Below are positions 17,911 to 20,000 of a stretch of DNA of 20,000 nt, piece after piece. The translations under genes were made by a program, and so were the position numbers. The DNA lies in the NCBI GenBank assembly GCA_022813965.1, contig JALDZS010000129.1:52432-72431 (forward strand), given 5' to 3'. The notes under the pieces are model-generated. The model did no database searches and was not told the DNA's origin. It worked only from the letters and a program-made list of their open reading frames with translations. The DNA comes from Toensbergia leucococca (lineage: Eukaryota). Each line of letters begins with the position of its first letter. The stretch's first letter is position 1.

Positions 17911-20000
17911 ATGAGACAAGTGAGATGCACCTCACTTTTCGCCGCGCTTCATCTGCTTGAACCTGCCGTGGGTATAGTGAGCACTGTACGAATACCCACG
18001 GGTTCCTGCGTGCTGAGCAGTATATCCACCACCAATGCTACCGAGCTTGCGAGTTCCGCCGATAGATCTGCATCCTTTGTTGTACTTCCCTCAGCAGCTA
18101 TCATAAGCAGCTGGTCGGTGCCTTTCGACACATCCGCTTCAACAAGTGCAACGAGTACCTCGTTAGGGATCTTCCTCTATTTCATAAGGCCTCAACTGAC
18201 TGGTTCTATAGAACACCAAACCCCACATTGGAAGAATACATCCTCGTTGTGACGTCTGAACAAGCTGTTTCCAGACAGCAGGAAACAAATGGGACTTATT
18301 ACGTTGATCCAAATGGCCAAGAGTCCTCCATCTGCGATCAAGCCGCGGTATGGACCATGCAAAACGGCCAGCTCAAGAGCAATGGCAATTTTATTTCGAC
18401 TCCTTCTGGCGTTACCTCCGCTCCGTTCGCAGTTTCACCTTCGTTGAGCATGACGACCACGAAATTTTCGGTCACGAGAGGCCTCTTAAATTGGATAAAC
18501 CCGGGATTTCATGATGGTCAGGCCACATTCTGCAGCTTCGCGAATGGTACCGTTGATGCAGTCTTCAATGGATCCGCGCCTGAGGACTGTATTCCCGTGG
18601 CTTTGTCGGTTGTGCCAGGTAGGGACTATCTCCTCGAGAACTCCTCGAGAACTATTGCCTTATCAAGACATTTTGCTGAAGTACATAGCTTCATCTTGTA
18701 AAGATCTTAGCAGCTCGCAGCAATCCTCATCAGGTGAAGGCTCTTCCGCTTCAAGCTTCATTTTCTCAGAGAGCTTCTTAGTTCCATCAAGCACGTCTAT
18801 TATGACAGTGACAGTCAGTCCTGTTCCGAAAGCTTCAATATCTTCTAGCGGGTTCAGCCAAACGAAGCCTTCCCCACCGCCGACGTCAGATACCACATAT
18901 TCATCAAGCAGCACGAAATCGATATCTTCGTATCTAACGTTGCCAATCGTTACTAATACTTCTGGATTTTCATTCTCTTCGTTCGTATCTTCGTCTACCT
19001 TTTTCACTCCATTGACGTCTTCAGTGACTGTGCCATCGTCAAGTAGCCCTTTGATATCAAGTACTTCGCATAGCACCTCTAGCAGGTGGGTTGGAGCTTT
19101 CTCATTGTCATTCAATACATAGCAGCAATGTACTAATAACCTTCTTCAGCAACTTTGTGAGCTCAAGCCCAAGTGGATTATCGTCCGAGAGCAGTCTCAG
19201 CTCTTCAATCCTCCATAGCACCTCTTCATCTTTCATTCCACTCTTCGTACTAACTACGCATCTGAGCGATCCTGGAGTTTCTTCATCGAAATTTTCAAGC
19301 TCCACTAGCTCAAGCCTGTTCTCATTAGCAAATACTCTGAGTAGCCCGAGTGCTTCCTCTCCAAACATCCCGGACTCTGCGAGCTCAAGTCTGTTTACAT
19401 CCGTATCTACCCCTCTCACCATCCTCAGTGTATCCTCACCGACTATTCTAAGCTCTACAAATTCGAGCTCGAGCCAGCCCTCACATGCGAGCAGCTCAAA
19501 TTCTTCAAGTTCCATTTCATTCTCATACTTCACTCCTCCAATCAACTCAATGTTCAGTTTTCCAAGCGCAAGGCTCACAACGTCAACTCTACTGCTGTCT
19601 TCTACTATCTTCAGCCCTACTTTATCAAGCTCAAGTTCGGCGCAGTCACTCACGGCTCCTCTATCTTCAAGCTCAAGTCTCCTACTACCAAGCACAAGTC
19701 TGACATTACCGAGTTCGAGTCCGGTAATATCGTCGATTCCACCAACATTGACGACTCTAATCACGTCAACGAGTTCAAGTACATCAACGAGTTCAAGTAC
19801 ATCAACGAGTTCAAGTACATCAACGAGTTCAAGTACATCAACGAGTTCAAGTACATCAACGAGTTCAAGTACATCAACGAGTTCAAGTACATCAACGAGT
19901 TCAAGTACATCAACGAGTTCAAGTACATCAACGAGTTCAAGTACATCAACGAGTTCAAGTACATCAACGAGTTCAAGTACATCAACGAGTTCAAGTACAT
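17911..20000 (+). CDS. Probable secreted/cell-surface Ser/Thr-rich mucin- or adhesin-like protein, 3' incomplete; exons 17911-18161, 18212-18618, 18689-19085, 19150->20000
   Basis: Signal-peptide-like start MRQVRCTSLFAALHLLEPAVG. Three GT-AG introns (18162-18211, 18619-18688, 19086-19149) link the frames. Exon 2 encodes a Cys-containing beta-rich domain (CDQA..NGQL..LNWINPGFHDGQATFC..DCIPVAL) that from memory resembles fungal DUF7908 proteins. It is followed by more than 400 aa dominated by Ser/Thr, open to the window end. Confidence 0.8.
18630..18653 (+). repeat. 11-bp tandem duplication CTCCTCGAGAA x2 inside an intron
   Basis: CTCCTCGAGAA CTCCTCGAGAA CT within intron 18619-18688. Confidence 0.85.
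19241..19468 (+). repeat. Three degenerate 75-nt (25-26 aa) coding repeats
   Basis: Units start at 19241, 19316 and 19391: LFVLTTHLSDPGVSSSKFSSSTSSS / LFSLANTLSSPSASSPNIPDSASSS / LFTSVSTPLTILSVSSPTILSSTNSS. Confidence 0.65.
19766..20000 (+). repeat. Coding minisatellite, at least 13 perfect copies of TCAACGAGTTCAAGTACA (STSSST), truncated by the window end
   Basis: 235 bp = 13 identical 18-mers plus 1 base, in frame with the Ser/Thr-rich exon that starts at 19150. Confidence 0.98.

Noticed and set aside
18663..19764. Long Glu/Leu/Val-rich minus-strand ORFs (150 and 218 aa)
   Set aside because: Shadow frames of biased Ser/Thr codons on the + strand, whose splice signals explain the region.
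19761..20000. Minus-strand ORF (MYLNSL)13, or a CRISPR/telomere interpretation of the array
   Set aside because: It is the antisense reading of the STSSST repeat. There are no spacers, so it is not CRISPR. The unit is not TTAGGG-like and is in frame with the + strand exon.

Overview
Gene-dense nuclear DNA from a filamentous ascomycete (Pezizomycotina-type: 48-70 nt spliceosomal introns with CTRAY branch points). Eight intron-containing genes were reconstructed by hand. In order: the 5' part of DNA polymerase epsilon (POL2, -), COX20 (+), an AMSH/STAMBP-like JAMM deubiquitinase (-), mitochondrial transcription factor MTF1 (+), TSR3 (-), a GGA clathrin adaptor (+), the MTOC protein ApsB/Mto1 (+), and the 5' part of a probably secreted Ser/Thr-rich mucin/adhesin-like protein (+). 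That last gene ends at the window edge in at least 13 perfect 18-bp repeats encoding STSSST. I found no RNA genes, transposons or CRISPR arrays. This is mostly a housekeeping neighbourhood and I see no convincing new multi-gene system. The best leads are a quasi-palindromic 9-mer (TACTCCGTA) in three separate promoters, the layered repeat expansion in the mucin-like gene, a weak GC-AG intron plus a second stop-free in-frame intron in the AMSH gene, and a possible non-AUG N-terminal extension of MTF1. All family assignments come from recalled motifs; no database searches were run.
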